From contig JBCAXK010000015.1 of the NCBI GenBank assembly GCA_038534095.1, positions 1 to 31,116 of the forward strand: a stretch of 31,116 bases of DNA, given 5' to 3'. The stretch comes from Chlamydiota bacterium. Lineage in GTDB: Bacteria > Chlamydiota > Chlamydiia > Chlamydiales > SM23-39. Under the pieces are notes generated by a model. It made no database searches and was not told the origin of the DNA. It worked only from the letters and a program-made list of their open reading frames with translations. The position numbers were made by a program, and so were the translations under genes. Positions 16,741 to 26,204 of the stretch are shown here, one piece after another. The stretch's first letter is position 1; each line of letters starts with the position of its first letter.

Positions 16741-18057
16741 ATGGCCAGTCCAAATACCTACAAAAGCATCGCCCGAACCTTTCGTCCGCAAAAATTTTCT
16801 GATGTCCTTGGGCAAGAGCCTATTGTCACAACACTTCGTAACGCGCTTCTAGACAATCAGCTAGCTCATGCTTACCTGTTTGCAGGTTCAAGAGGCTCTG
16901 GGAAAACCACCCTAGCCCGCATTTTAGCCAAAGCGCTCTGCTGCCAAAAAAAAGAGGAGATTGAGCCTTGCTGCGCTTGCAGCTGCTGCCTAGAAATCCA
17001 GTCGGGAAAATCATTAGATGTGATCGAAATCGACGGAGCCTCTCATCGAGGAATAGACGATATCCGCGCTCTCAGTGAGACAACAATTTATGCCCCTTCG
17101 CATGCAAAGTGGAAAATTTACATCATTGACGAAGTGCATATGCTTACAAAAGAGGCGTTCAACGCTCTCTTAAAAACATTAGAAGAACCTCCTCCTCAGG
17201 TCAAATTTTTATTCGCAACAACAGAACCCCATAAAATTTTGCCCACGATTTTAAGCCGTTGCCAACGCTTTGACCTTGCTCGGATTGCTCCCAACGTTTC
17301 TGAAAAAAAATTAGCCCAAATTGCAGTGAGTTTGGGGAGAGAAATCACCCCACAAGCTTTGTCCCTGATCACCAAAAGAGCGGAAGGGTCCCTTCGGGAC
17401 GCTGAATCTCTATTGGAACAACTATTTTCATACGCATCTGGTTCTATTGAGGAAGATACCGTCATCGACGCTTTAGGTATGACGCGTCAAGAGGACTTCG
17501 CCCTCCTCGACCAAGCCGTGCTTGAAGAAAACGATGCCTTTGCTTTCTCTTTTTCTGATCGCTTGGTAGAAAATGGTAAAGACCTGAATTATTTTTTAGA
17601 GCAGCTGTTTCTCCATTTTCGAGCTCACTTTGTCTGTTTACTTGAAAAAAAATCCTCTTCCTACACAAAAGACCTATTATTTTGGGTATTTGATCTGATT
17701 GTAGATACTCAAAGAACCTTTGCAAAAACGCCGAACCAAAAGCTGGCGTTAGAGATGTTGCTTTTGCAAATTTTACGAGCAAAAAAGCGCGTATCACTTC
17801 CAAGTCTGCTGAGTCGGTTAGAGGAGATCCACCGCTCGATTGTAGCGCGTGAAGAGAAAATAGAGGCGCCTAGAAACAACCAAGCAGCAGAAATAGCGGA
17901 GAAGGATTCCCCTGTAAAAAAAGAGCTTGTTCCTATCCCGTTTGGAGAAAAAAACACAGAAACCCCTTCCTCCCCCTCACTAGAAAAGAAGGTCGTCTAC
18001 GACACGCTGCTCCGCTTTTCTTCTGTAGTCCTGGAAGGTCGTATCGAACAAAACTAA
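16741..18057 (+). CDS. dnaX: DNA polymerase III subunit gamma/tau
   Basis: FRPQKFSDVLGQ, Walker A GSRGSGKTT, Zn cysteines, IIDEVHML, NALLKTLEEPP, SRC. Start at 16741 (or 16729). Confidence 0.96.
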   Translation: MASPNTYKSIARTFRPQKFSDVLGQEPIVTTLRNALLDNQLAHAYLFAGSRGSGKTTLARILAKALCCQKKEEIEPCCACSCCLEIQSGKSLDVIEIDGASHRGIDDIRALSETTIYAPSHAKWKIYIIDEVHMLTKEAFNALLKTLEEPPPQVKFLFATTEPHKILPTILSRCQRFDLARIAPNVSEKKLAQIAVSLGREITPQALSLITKRAEGSLRDAESLLEQLFSYASGSIEEDTVIDALGMTRQEDFALLDQAVLEENDAFAFSFSDRLVENGKDLNYFLEQLFLHFRAHFVCLLEKKSSSYTKDLLFWVFDLIVDTQRTFAKTPNQKLALEMLLLQILRAKKRVSLPSLLSRLEEIHRSIVAREEKIEAPRNNQAAEIAEKDSPVKKELVPIPFGEKNTETPSSPSLEKKVVYDTLLRFSSVVLEGRIEQN

Positions 18058-18067
18058 AGGAGATGTT

Positions 18068-18352
18068 ATGGGATCTGGTTACTCAAAAATGAAAAAGAAA
18101 GCCAAATTGATGCAAGCGCAAATGGAACAATTCAAAGAAGAAATGAAACAGCTTCAAGTGACAGGACAGGCAGGAAATGGCCTTGTCAAAATTCTTATGA
18201 ACGGAGAAAAAGAGCTCCTCGAAGTAAGCATCCAACCAGACTGCGTCGACAAGGAAGACATTGAAGGATTACAAGATCTGATCATTGAAGCATTTAACGA
18301 TGCGATGGGGAAGGTAAATGAACAATCTTCTAATGGCCCTGAGCTCTTCTAA
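18068..18352 (+). CDS. ybaB: YbaB/EbfC nucleoid-associated protein
   Basis: GQAGNGLVKILMNG...DIEGLQDLIIEAFNDA; typical position after dnaX. Confidence 0.93.
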   Translation: MGSGYSKMKKKAKLMQAQMEQFKEEMKQLQVTGQAGNGLVKILMNGEKELLEVSIQPDCVDKEDIEGLQDLIIEAFNDAMGKVNEQSSNGPELF

Positions 18353-20055
18353 TCGGCAATAAGAGCTTGCACTTCACAGGTGTTATTTTTCTCTAAGGCT
18401 TCCTGAGCAAGAGCCTTGGCTTTTTCCAAACATCCCTGCCTGAGCAGACATTTGATTTTAGGCAGTTTACCTAGAGGAACAGACAAAGACCGGATTCCGA
18501 GTCCCAAAATCAATGGGATCGCCCGCTCATCAGAGCCAAATTCCCCACAAAGTAGTACCGGTTTTTTCTGTTTTTTGCCCGCTTTAGCAATGTCGCTTAG
18601 TAGGCGAAGTACGCTAGGATGATAGGCTGAGTAGATGGTCGCAAGATCGGCATCTTGCCGATCTGCCGCTAAGGTGTACTGCACAAGATCGTTAGAGCCA
18701 ATCGATAAAAAATCGGCGGCTTCTGCAATTCTTTCGACTAAAAATGCAGCGGCTGGTAGCTCAATCATTGCTCCTACCAAAATCTTTTGCAGAGCTCTTC
18801 CCTCCTTTTTTTGTACCTGCTTCCCAATAGCAACGATTTTCTGTTGAATGTCCAAGAACTCCGCTACATCAGCAATCATCGGCAATAATACGCGCAAATC
18901 CCCAAAGCGGGAGGCGCGTAAAAGGGCGCGCACCTGCGCCTCAAAAATGGACGAATGTTCCAGCAAAAACCGCATCCCACGTCGTCCTAGAGAGTTTGTA
19001 TACCCGGCCCCCTTGCTATCTGGAATCGTTTTATCTTCGCCTATATCAAACAGGCGGATAATCACAGGCTTTCCCCTCGCTTTTTTTACTAGGGATGAGT
19101 AGACAAAAAATTGTTCTTGTTCTGAAGGGAACGCAGCGCTTCCAAGAGCCAGTAGTTCAGAGCGATAGAGCCCAATTCCGCTCGCATGTTGGAACGCAGA
19201 ACTCGCCATCTGATCCCCATGATCCACATTAGCCCATACCTCTATACAAGCACTCTCCTTTTTTCTATCCTGAATATGGAGGGTCTTTTCCCAGTATTTA
19301 CTTAACGTGTCTCGATCGGTCAAAAGCTGCTGGTAATCATCTTTTGTGCTACTTTTAGGATTGAGAATAACGATTCCCTTGTCTCCATCAATAATCAACT
19401 CATCCACATCACCCCAACAATCTCGATGAATAGAAGCAACGTAAGGGATCGATTTGGCTCTAGCAATGATCGTACTATGAGAAGAGAGCCCACCTTTTTC
19501 TGCAATCAAGCCGCAGATATTTTGGGGATTGATTTCTGCAATCATCGATGGGGAAAACTCCTGCACAATGAAAATAGATCCGGGGGGAATGTCCCCGATG
19601 TTCACCTTGGAAAAGGGCCGAAGATGGCCTAAAATGCGCCCAGCCACATCGATCACATCTCCGATTCGCTCTTCAAAAAAGGGATTTTTTTTACGAGAAA
19701 ATTTTTTTTTGTAATCAGATATTGCCTGTAAAAATACTGCCTCTGCTGTGTCATGAGGATTGTTCCGGATATCTTCTTCCACTTTTTCAATGAAAGGATC
19801 TTGTAGCATGGCTAAATGCGTATCTAAAATTTCTACAATTTCTGCGCTTCCCTCGTTGCTTAAAGAACTTTGCAACGAACACAAGTCCACTCGGGATAGC
19901 CCAAGAGCTTGACGGAACCGAGATACCTCTTGTTCCACATTGATCGTTTTTTCTTTCAAAGGAGAACGAGGCTGCTCTTTTTGCAACACGTAGGGCTTAC
20001 CCAAGGCAATCCCCTCGCTTAAAGGAAGGCCTTCTAATATGATTTCTTTTTTCAA
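18349..20055 (-). CDS. ptsI: PTS enzyme I (phosphoenolpyruvate-protein phosphotransferase)
   Basis: GGLSSHSTIIARA (phospho-His), GIGLYRSE, IRLFDIGEDK, SIGSNDLVQY, LCGE. Confidence 0.95.
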   Translation of the reverse strand: MKKEIILEGLPLSEGIALGKPYVLQKEQPRSPLKEKTINVEQEVSRFRQALGLSRVDLCSLQSSLSNEGSAEIVEILDTHLAMLQDPFIEKVEEDIRNNPHDTAEAVFLQAISDYKKKFSRKKNPFFEERIGDVIDVAGRILGHLRPFSKVNIGDIPPGSIFIVQEFSPSMIAEINPQNICGLIAEKGGLSSHSTIIARAKSIPYVASIHRDCWGDVDELIIDGDKGIVILNPKSSTKDDYQQLLTDRDTLSKYWEKTLHIQDRKKESACIEVWANVDHGDQMASSAFQHASGIGLYRSELLALGSAAFPSEQEQFFVYSSLVKKARGKPVIIRLFDIGEDKTIPDSKGAGYTNSLGRRGMRFLLEHSSIFEAQVRALLRASRFGDLRVLLPMIADVAEFLDIQQKIVAIGKQVQKKEGRALQKILVGAMIELPAAAFLVERIAEAADFLSIGSNDLVQYTLAADRQDADLATIYSAYHPSVLRLLSDIAKAGKKQKKPVLLCGEFGSDERAIPLILGLGIRSLSVPLGKLPKIKCLLRQGCLEKAKALAQEALEKNNTCEVQALIAD

Positions 20056-20327
20056 CTTTCTTCCCCAAATCTTTCGGAAAAAGCTTTTGATAGAGCTTCG
20101 ACCACCAGGTCAGCGTCATGCCCTTCTGCTCGAATGGTGATGAAACAATTTTTCTGCGCTGCTAACATTAAAATTCCCATGATGCTTCTTGCGTTGATGG
20201 TATCTTTTTTGTAGGTAAACTCCACTTTTGACCGGAATCTTTGTAACAGCTTAACAATCGCCGTGGCAGGTCTTGTATGTAGACCTAGGTCGTTGCGTAT
20301 TTTAACGACTTTCTTCACACGCTTCAT
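20052..20327 (-). CDS. ptsH: Phosphocarrier protein HPr
   Basis: GLHTRPA (His15) and NARSIMGIL (Ser46). ATG at 20327 overlaps the end of hprK. Confidence 0.95.
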   Translation of the reverse strand: MKRVKKVVKIRNDLGLHTRPATAIVKLLQRFRSKVEFTYKKDTINARSIMGILMLAAQKNCFITIRAEGHDADLVVEALSKAFSERFGEES

Positions 20328-21270
20328 TGATGGATCTCTTTGGATGACGCTTGGATATGGCTTGTAAAAGTTTTGCATTGAACTCTTTTGCAGAGTGGTA
20401 TCCCATATGCTTCAAACGGTGATTTAGCGAAATGGTTTCAATCAAGAGCATTACGTCGCGCCCTGGTTTTACCGGCAAAATATGAAAGGGAATGCTGATA
20501 TCTAAAATATCACAAAAACGCTCTTCGAGACCGACTCGATCGTAAAAATGGCAATCATCCCATTTTTCTAGCTTAATCACGATATCAAGAGCTTTGTCGG
20601 GACGGACACAAACAGCTCCATATAGGTGAGCGACATTGATGATCCCAATTCCGCGAATCTCCATCAAATGGCGAGTAAGATCGGGACCATAGCCCATCAA
20701 ATGCGCCCCCTCTTTTTTGTACACCTTCACTACATCGTCAGAGATCAGCCTATGCCCCCGCTCAATCAGTCCCAACGCAGCCTCACTCTTACCAATCGAA
20801 GATTCTCCTTGGATCAACACCCCAATACCAAAGACTTCAACTAACGTGCCGTGCATCATGACCGATGGAGAAAATTTCTCTTGAAGAAGGTAGGTGATTT
20901 TTGCCATGAGCTGCGTTGCAGAGATATGGGATTGCAATAAAGGGATTCCCTGCTCTTTACAAAGCGGAGCCAGTTCTCGAACCGATTTGTAACCTTTCCC
21001 TAAAATCACAGCAGGGGTTTCTTCTGAAAAAATATCTGTTAATCGCTCGATCCGGAGCTCGCCGACCATTTCTTGCAAATAGCTAGATTCTGTTTTTCCA
21101 AAGATAAGAATCCGCTCGCGCACAAAGTGGGGCGTATACCCCGATAGGCTGAGACCTGGTCTCTGCGCTTCTGGTTTTCGAATAACCCTGTGAAAACCCG
21201 CCTCTCCAACAACCAGCTTCAGGCCAAGTTCTTCCTTATAATCTTTGTAAAAATCTTCTACTAGGTACAT
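20302..21270 (-). CDS. hprK: HPr(Ser) kinase/phosphorylase
   Basis: RPGLSLSG, HGTLVEVFGIGVLIQGESSIGKSE, GHRLISDD, MEIRGIGII, PVKPGR. Confidence 0.96.
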   Translation of the reverse strand: MYLVEDFYKDYKEELGLKLVVGEAGFHRVIRKPEAQRPGLSLSGYTPHFVRERILIFGKTESSYLQEMVGELRIERLTDIFSEETPAVILGKGYKSVRELAPLCKEQGIPLLQSHISATQLMAKITYLLQEKFSPSVMMHGTLVEVFGIGVLIQGESSIGKSEAALGLIERGHRLISDDVVKVYKKEGAHLMGYGPDLTRHLMEIRGIGIINVAHLYGAVCVRPDKALDIVIKLEKWDDCHFYDRVGLEERFCDILDISIPFHILPVKPGRDVMLLIETISLNHRLKHMGYHSAKEFNAKLLQAISKRHPKRSINEACEESR

Positions 21271-21494
21271 GTATTAGAGAGCTCTTCAAAAAATCGGGCG
21301 ATGACACCCAGTTTTTATCTGGGCAATCTAAAGAACAAACGTTACAAAAAAAAAGAAAAAAACCCAAGAATTTCTATTGCTATTTTGCAGGCTTTCAGAA
21401 AATTCCCCTTGTAAAAATCTTAAAAACCCCCATTTTTCCTAAAGAAAAATCGTAAGATTTCGTAAGGAAAAGAGCATGACTCATAAAAAACCGT

Positions 21495-21522
21495 TTTACA
21501 AATGCCCATCGATTGCTATAGT
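21495..21522 (+). promoter_or_regulatory. Putative promoter of ndh
   Basis: TTTACA-16 nt-TATAGT with a TGn extended -10. Confidence 0.45.
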
Positions 21523-21545
21523 CCGCTTTAAAGGGGGGGGGATAT

Positions 21546-22829
21546 ATGGCATATGCTCGGGTAGTGATTATTGGAGGCGGTTTTGCAGGCCTTGCTGCTG
21601 CAAAACGATTAGGCGGCTCAAAACTAGATGTTTGGGTGATTGACAAGACCAATCATCACCTTTTTCAACCCTTGTTATACCAGGTAGCTACCGCAGGACT
21701 TTCTCCTGCAGACATCGCAGCCCCTATCCGAGAAGTGTTGCGAAAACACCAAAACATTACCGTCGTGATGGGAGAAGTGATCAACATCGACAAAAAAGCG
21801 CAGGTGATCCATTTGAAAAATGGAGATGACCTTGCCTTTGATTATTTGATCATAGCTCCAGGCACAAGACACTCTTATTTCAATCAACCCGACTGGGAAA
21901 AGTATGCCCCTGGACTCAAAACTCTCAAAGATGCCTTAACCATACGGGAGCGGATTTTAATCTCTTTTGAAAAGGCAGAGCGGTGCGATAGCATTTCAGA
22001 AGCAAGGAAATACCTCAACTTTGTCGTTGTTGGGGGAGGCCCTACTGGAGTGGAAATGGCAGGAGCCATTGCAGAAATTGCCTACGAGACAATGATCAAA
22101 AACTTTCGTAGGATCAATGTAAAAAACACCAAAATTTACCTCATAGAAGGGGCAAAACATGTACTTCCTTTTTACCCAGAGCATTTGTCAAAAACGGCAG
22201 AAAAATACCTGGGAAAATTTGGCGTTGTTTTGCTCACGAGCAAAAAAGTCACCAACGTAACAAATGATGGCATTTACATTGAAAATCGTTTTATAGAAAC
22301 AAAAAATATCATCTGGGCTGCAGGCAACCAAGCATCTCCACTCCTTAAATCTCTCGATATTCCTTTAGACCGAGCAGGTAGAGCGTTTGTAGATCAAGAT
22401 TTGAGTATTCCTGATCATCCCAACATTTTTGTCTTAGGCGACGCTGCGACTCTTAAAGATAAAAAGGGGAACCCTTTGCCTGCCTTGGCCCCAGTAGCTC
22501 TTCAGCAAGGGCGTTATGTAGCAAAAATTGTGAAAAAAAAGATCAAAAAAGAGGACCGCCGTCCCTTCAAATACTTTGACAAAGGGAGCATGGCAACGAT
22601 CGGAAAATCGAAAGCGATCGGGCTATTTAAAGGGATCCCATTTAAGGGGCTATTAGCTTGGCTTGCCTGGTCATTTATTCACGTTGTGTATCTAATTGGT
22701 TTTCGGAATCGTTTAAGCGTTTTGGCCCAGTGGATTTTTGCCTACTACTCTTCTCAAAGAGGAGGCAGGCTCATTACAAAATCGTTAGATGATGAGCTCA
22801 TGCCCGATCCCGAGAAAGATGCGTTATAG
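21546..22829 (+). CDS. ndh: Type II NADH:quinone oxidoreductase
   Basis: GGGFAG, HLFQPLLYQVATAGL, VVVGGGPTGVEMAG, WAAG, F.YFDKGSMATIG, and a C-terminal amphipathic helix. Confidence 0.93.
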   Translation: MAYARVVIIGGGFAGLAAAKRLGGSKLDVWVIDKTNHHLFQPLLYQVATAGLSPADIAAPIREVLRKHQNITVVMGEVINIDKKAQVIHLKNGDDLAFDYLIIAPGTRHSYFNQPDWEKYAPGLKTLKDALTIRERILISFEKAERCDSISEARKYLNFVVVGGGPTGVEMAGAIAEIAYETMIKNFRRINVKNTKIYLIEGAKHVLPFYPEHLSKTAEKYLGKFGVVLLTSKKVTNVTNDGIYIENRFIETKNIIWAAGNQASPLLKSLDIPLDRAGRAFVDQDLSIPDHPNIFVLGDAATLKDKKGNPLPALAPVALQQGRYVAKIVKKKIKKEDRRPFKYFDKGSMATIGKSKAIGLFKGIPFKGLLAWLAWSFIHVVYLIGFRNRLSVLAQWIFAYYSSQRGGRLITKSLDDELMPDPEKDAL

Positions 22830-22842
22830 AAACGCCGCCTAG

Positions 22843-23364
22843 TTAGAGAGGCTTTGGTATTGCAGTACCAAAATACTGTACAAGATCTAGGCGAAGACGC
22901 TCTCGTTCGTGAGCAACATGGATTATTTCCCTTTCGATGTGTCCCTGAGGTTCTCCCGTGCTAGAGAGCCGTTTTTGGAATATGTTTGCAATCACCATAC
23001 CTGTTACGCAGAAAGATCCTGCTAGACATAGGATTTGTTTTATGGCAAAAATGCTAGGGGCTTTATTGACTGTAGCACACAAGGCAGCCCTTGATAAAGA
23101 TCCCTCACTACGTAATACAGATGCTGCTGTGACCGCTGTGTTTGTGACGATCCAGGTACTAACGCCTATGATTGCCCCCTTCTTATAAGCAGCCTTCCTG
23201 AAGTTTTTTTTCAGTGCTTTTATCTCACGGCCAAGCTGCCAATATTTTGCAATAGATTGCCGGCTAGACTCCTCGTCGATTTTACTCTTTGTTTCTGGGT
23301 GAAGATTAGGATCAATTACAGCATAGTGCGTACCTTCGTGCCTGTATAAAGTAATGCCGTTCAA
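22843..23364 (-). CDS. Hypothetical protein with two hydrophobic segments (Inc-like)
   Basis: TTG start with AAGG(T) SD upstream; two hydrophobic stretches flanked by charged helices. Confidence 0.65.
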   Translation of the reverse strand: MNGITLYRHEGTHYAVIDPNLHPETKSKIDEESSRQSIAKYWQLGREIKALKKNFRKAAYKKGAIIGVSTWIVTNTAVTAASVLRSEGSLSRAALCATVNKAPSIFAIKQILCLAGSFCVTGMVIANIFQKRLSSTGEPQGHIEREIIHVAHERERLRLDLVQYFGTAIPKPL

Positions 23365-23568
23365 TTTTCACCTTTCCTTATTAAAAAAGCAAAGCATAGA
23401 GCAATTTATTTTAAAAAAGCTATTTTTATTTTATCGATGTTGCGATTTTTACGAAACAGAGCTTCTTACTTGAGATTTTCTTTTTTTAGAGCGAATAGGG
23501 CCTGTCAAAGCAAGAAAAAGATACAGCAATCGCTCTCCCATTGACTATTTGCAAGCCTTTGTAGAAAC

Positions 23569-25104
23569 ATGTCTACATATAAAACGAGAGATCAAGGATT
23601 TTTTATGCTCGTTGTAAAAGATCGCTGTAAGCGCGCCTGGAGAAAATCACAAAGCTCTCTAGTCATGTTTTGGAAACAAAATCCCCTCCTATTTTTTTCT
23701 GTGATTGCGCTTTTCGGTATGGGTCTCAAAATGCACTTTTCCTGGACGTTGCTTTGGATCACAGTCACGTTTGCCCTTTTTCAATGGGAACGATTTCTCT
23801 ACTCCTTGCCTCTTCTAGTTGCCTGTTTTTTTTACGCGCCTAATAGGCACCCTTTTGAGGAAGCGGCTTACGTACAAGGGATTTTTTATCCAAGTAGAGT
23901 GGAAAAACAAACGGCCCATTTTCGAAAAGGTTGGATTCTCCAAGGCACCTTTGTAACAAGAGGACACTCTGTTTCTGCGCGCGTATCCTTAAGAAAACTG
24001 CCTAGGCGAATTAGCCCCTTCGTTGTTGAGGGGATTTGTAAAAACCGGGGTGATTACCAATGCTCCCTTTTTCCTAAAAAACCGGTGCAATTACTAGAGC
24101 CTACCTTTGCGAGCGCCTTCGTACAAATCCGTTTTCGTTTGACGCAAAAAATCGATCGCTGGATTTTTTCCCATGTTCCTTCAATGGTAGTAGCGCAGTT
24201 TTTGCGCGCTTTTTTTCTGGGGAAAAAAGAGGATCTTTACCTCAACTACTCATTCCAGACATTAGGCCTCTCCCATATTTTGGCCATTTCTGGATTCCAT
24301 TTTGCCCTTTTTGCCGCGGTATTTTTCACCCTATTTTCCCTGCTTGTTTCTATCTTTAGGGCGAAGATCTACTGTCTCGTATTTGTGAGCGTTTATGCCT
24401 TACTTTTGCAAAATTCCCCTTCGAGTTTTCGCGCGTTTATTTTGATTTCTCTTGTACTATTTTCCGATCTTTTTGGAAAAAAAGTGCGCATATACAACCT
24501 ATTAGGCGCCTGCCTCCTGATCGCCCTTTTACTCGATCCTACCTCAATGCAATCTCCTAGCCTACAACTCAGTTATCTAAGCTGCTTTGCTCTTCTTCTG
24601 TTTTACGCTCCCATTTTTCAAGCATTGGAAAGATGTTTTTACAAAAAAACGCCCCTTGCAAGAGAACAAAGAGAGGGAATCAAACAACCTTTTGGAAAAA
24701 TGTGGGTACAAACGGCGGCTCAGAAATGGTCTTTTTATTTAAAAAGCGCTCTATCGGCTTCTTTAGCTATTTATTTTTTAAGCGCTCCTTTGGTTTTAGC
24801 CCGTTTTTCCTCTATCTCGTTTGCCTCTCTTCTTTACAATCTATTTGTTCCCATTCTCCTTGGAGGACTGATGGGCCTATGGGCGATCTTATGGCCTCTA
24901 TGCTTTCACCCTTACGCGGCTTTTCTCCTCACCTGCCTTACTGAAAAAGCGCTCAATATTTGCCTTTTTCCGCCTGTTTTCTGTAAAAATCTGACCTATT
25001 TAGGGGAGTTTTCTTCCGATTTTGCCCTTACTTGGGTCTCCCTGTTGCTTTTTATCGGGTTTACCTTGCAAGGAGGGACGCTTTTTCGTTATGATATTGA
25101 GTAA
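23569..25104 (+). CDS. comEC: ComEC/Rec2 competence protein (no C-terminal metallo-beta-lactamase domain)
   Basis: GLSHILAISGFH, SPSSFRA, SLQLSY; multi-TM. Start codon uncertain. Confidence 0.88.
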   Translation: MSTYKTRDQGFFMLVVKDRCKRAWRKSQSSLVMFWKQNPLLFFSVIALFGMGLKMHFSWTLLWITVTFALFQWERFLYSLPLLVACFFYAPNRHPFEEAAYVQGIFYPSRVEKQTAHFRKGWILQGTFVTRGHSVSARVSLRKLPRRISPFVVEGICKNRGDYQCSLFPKKPVQLLEPTFASAFVQIRFRLTQKIDRWIFSHVPSMVVAQFLRAFFLGKKEDLYLNYSFQTLGLSHILAISGFHFALFAAVFFTLFSLLVSIFRAKIYCLVFVSVYALLLQNSPSSFRAFILISLVLFSDLFGKKVRIYNLLGACLLIALLLDPTSMQSPSLQLSYLSCFALLLFYAPIFQALERCFYKKTPLAREQREGIKQPFGKMWVQTAAQKWSFYLKSALSASLAIYFLSAPLVLARFSSISFASLLYNLFVPILLGGLMGLWAILWPLCFHPYAAFLLTCLTEKALNICLFPPVFCKNLTYLGEFSSDFALTWVSLLLFIGFTLQGGTLFRYDIE

Positions 25105-25108
25105 ATTT

Positions 25109-25182
25109 GGTGGCCGTAGCTCAGTTGGTAGAGCATTGGATTGTGGTTCCAAGGGTCGCGGGTTCAAGTCCCGTCGGTCGCC
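25109..25182 (+). tRNA. tRNA-His(GUG)
   Basis: Encoded G-1 (25109) opposite C73. Acceptor GTGGCCG/CGGTCGC, D arm GCTC/GAGC, anticodon stem TTGGA/TCCAA with loop TTGTGGT, T arm GGTTCAAGTCC. Full CCA is not encoded. Confidence 0.97.
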
Positions 25183-25193
25183 CATCTTTACTT

Positions 25194-25973
25194 ATGGACA
25201 TTTTCACTGCCATTTTCCTGGGAATTCTTCAGGGTTTTCTTGAATTTCTTCCGATCAGCTCCTCATTTCATCTCACTTTGCTTAGCGAGAAGCTAGGGAT
25301 CTTCCATCAGCCCATTTCCCCCCTTTTTTTTCTTTTTGTTCATTTAGGCACGCTTGGCTCCTGCCTTTGGTTTTTAGGTAAAGATTTTTGGGAGATGCTA
25401 CAAAAAAAAGTCCCCCTCACTTTTTTTATGATCGCCCTTGTCCCTCTCGCATTTGGCTACATTCTTCATCAAAAAACGGCTCTCTATTTCTCTCCAACTA
25501 TAGGCCTACAAATATCTGGAGCGTTCTTGCTATTCACCTCATCTGTGCCTCAAAACGGAAGCGCTCTTCCTAGCAAACGCTCTGCTCTTTTTATCGGCAC
25601 TTTCCAAGCGCTTGCTCTTTTCCCAGGCATTTCTCGTAGCGGCATGACCGTCAGCGCAAGTTTCCTTCGAGGATGGCGCTCGAAAGAGGCCGTTCGGATC
25701 TCTTTTCTGCTAGCTGTACCAACCATCCTAGCCGGCGTATTTGTGGAGACTTTGCAATTAGGATTGGAACAAACGGCGGTTTCTGCGCCGTTTCCTCAAG
25801 TCTTATCCCAAGGTTTCCCACAAGCTTTACTAGGCATGTTGGCCTCTCTCATTGCAGGAAGGATTGCAATCAGTTTTATCGACCATATCTTCGCAAAACA
25901 GAACTTACGTTTCATAGGTTTGTACCTAGTCCTTGCTCCTACGCTATTTCCTACGTTCTATGCGCTCCGCTAG
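25194..25973 (+). CDS. uppP: Undecaprenyl-diphosphate phosphatase
   Basis: GILQGFLEFLPISSSFH, HLGTL, PGISRSG, SFLLAVP. True ATG at 25194, after the tRNA. Confidence 0.9.
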   Translation: MDIFTAIFLGILQGFLEFLPISSSFHLTLLSEKLGIFHQPISPLFFLFVHLGTLGSCLWFLGKDFWEMLQKKVPLTFFMIALVPLAFGYILHQKTALYFSPTIGLQISGAFLLFTSSVPQNGSALPSKRSALFIGTFQALALFPGISRSGMTVSASFLRGWRSKEAVRISFLLAVPTILAGVFVETLQLGLEQTAVSAPFPQVLSQGFPQALLGMLASLIAGRIAISFIDHIFAKQNLRFIGLYLVLAPTLFPTFYALR

Positions 25974-26204
25974 TTATGCTAGCATGTTTTTTTGACCGAG
26001 GATTTATTCACCATTCCAGAAAAGTTCTCCTTCGATCGAATCCGCCAATTTTTCTCCTGTAAAATTTGCTAGCAAGTTGCTGCATCATGAATAAACCCTT
26101 CTTGCGCAAAAGGGCTATTTTCCTAACAGCTCCTATGAGGATTTTTTGGGACCTAATTCTGTAATGTGTTATGAATAGAAGGAGAAGAACCTCATTTTAT
26201 ATTC

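Noticed and set aside
17301..17652. A8 runs inside dnaX and other genes as slippage or phase-variation sites
   Set aside because: A/T runs of this length are frequent throughout the window, so they are not distinctive.
20328..20378. Longer HPr start at 20378
   Set aside because: It lies deeper inside hprK and puts the catalytic His far from the canonical position.
25160..25185. tRNA-His as an island integration site
   Set aside because: No duplicate of its 3' end and no integrase seen in the window; the flanks are core genes.
25107..25193. N-terminal extension of the uppP ORF (MVAVAQLVEHW...) and ORFs 25000..25185 and 25022..25243
   Set aside because: These are translations of the tRNA-His gene; the real uppP start is 25194.
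26096..26114. CCCTTCTTGCGCAAAAGGG hairpin between uppP and ftsK
   Set aside because: Possible terminator, but it has a bulge and a weak U-tract; not enough to call.
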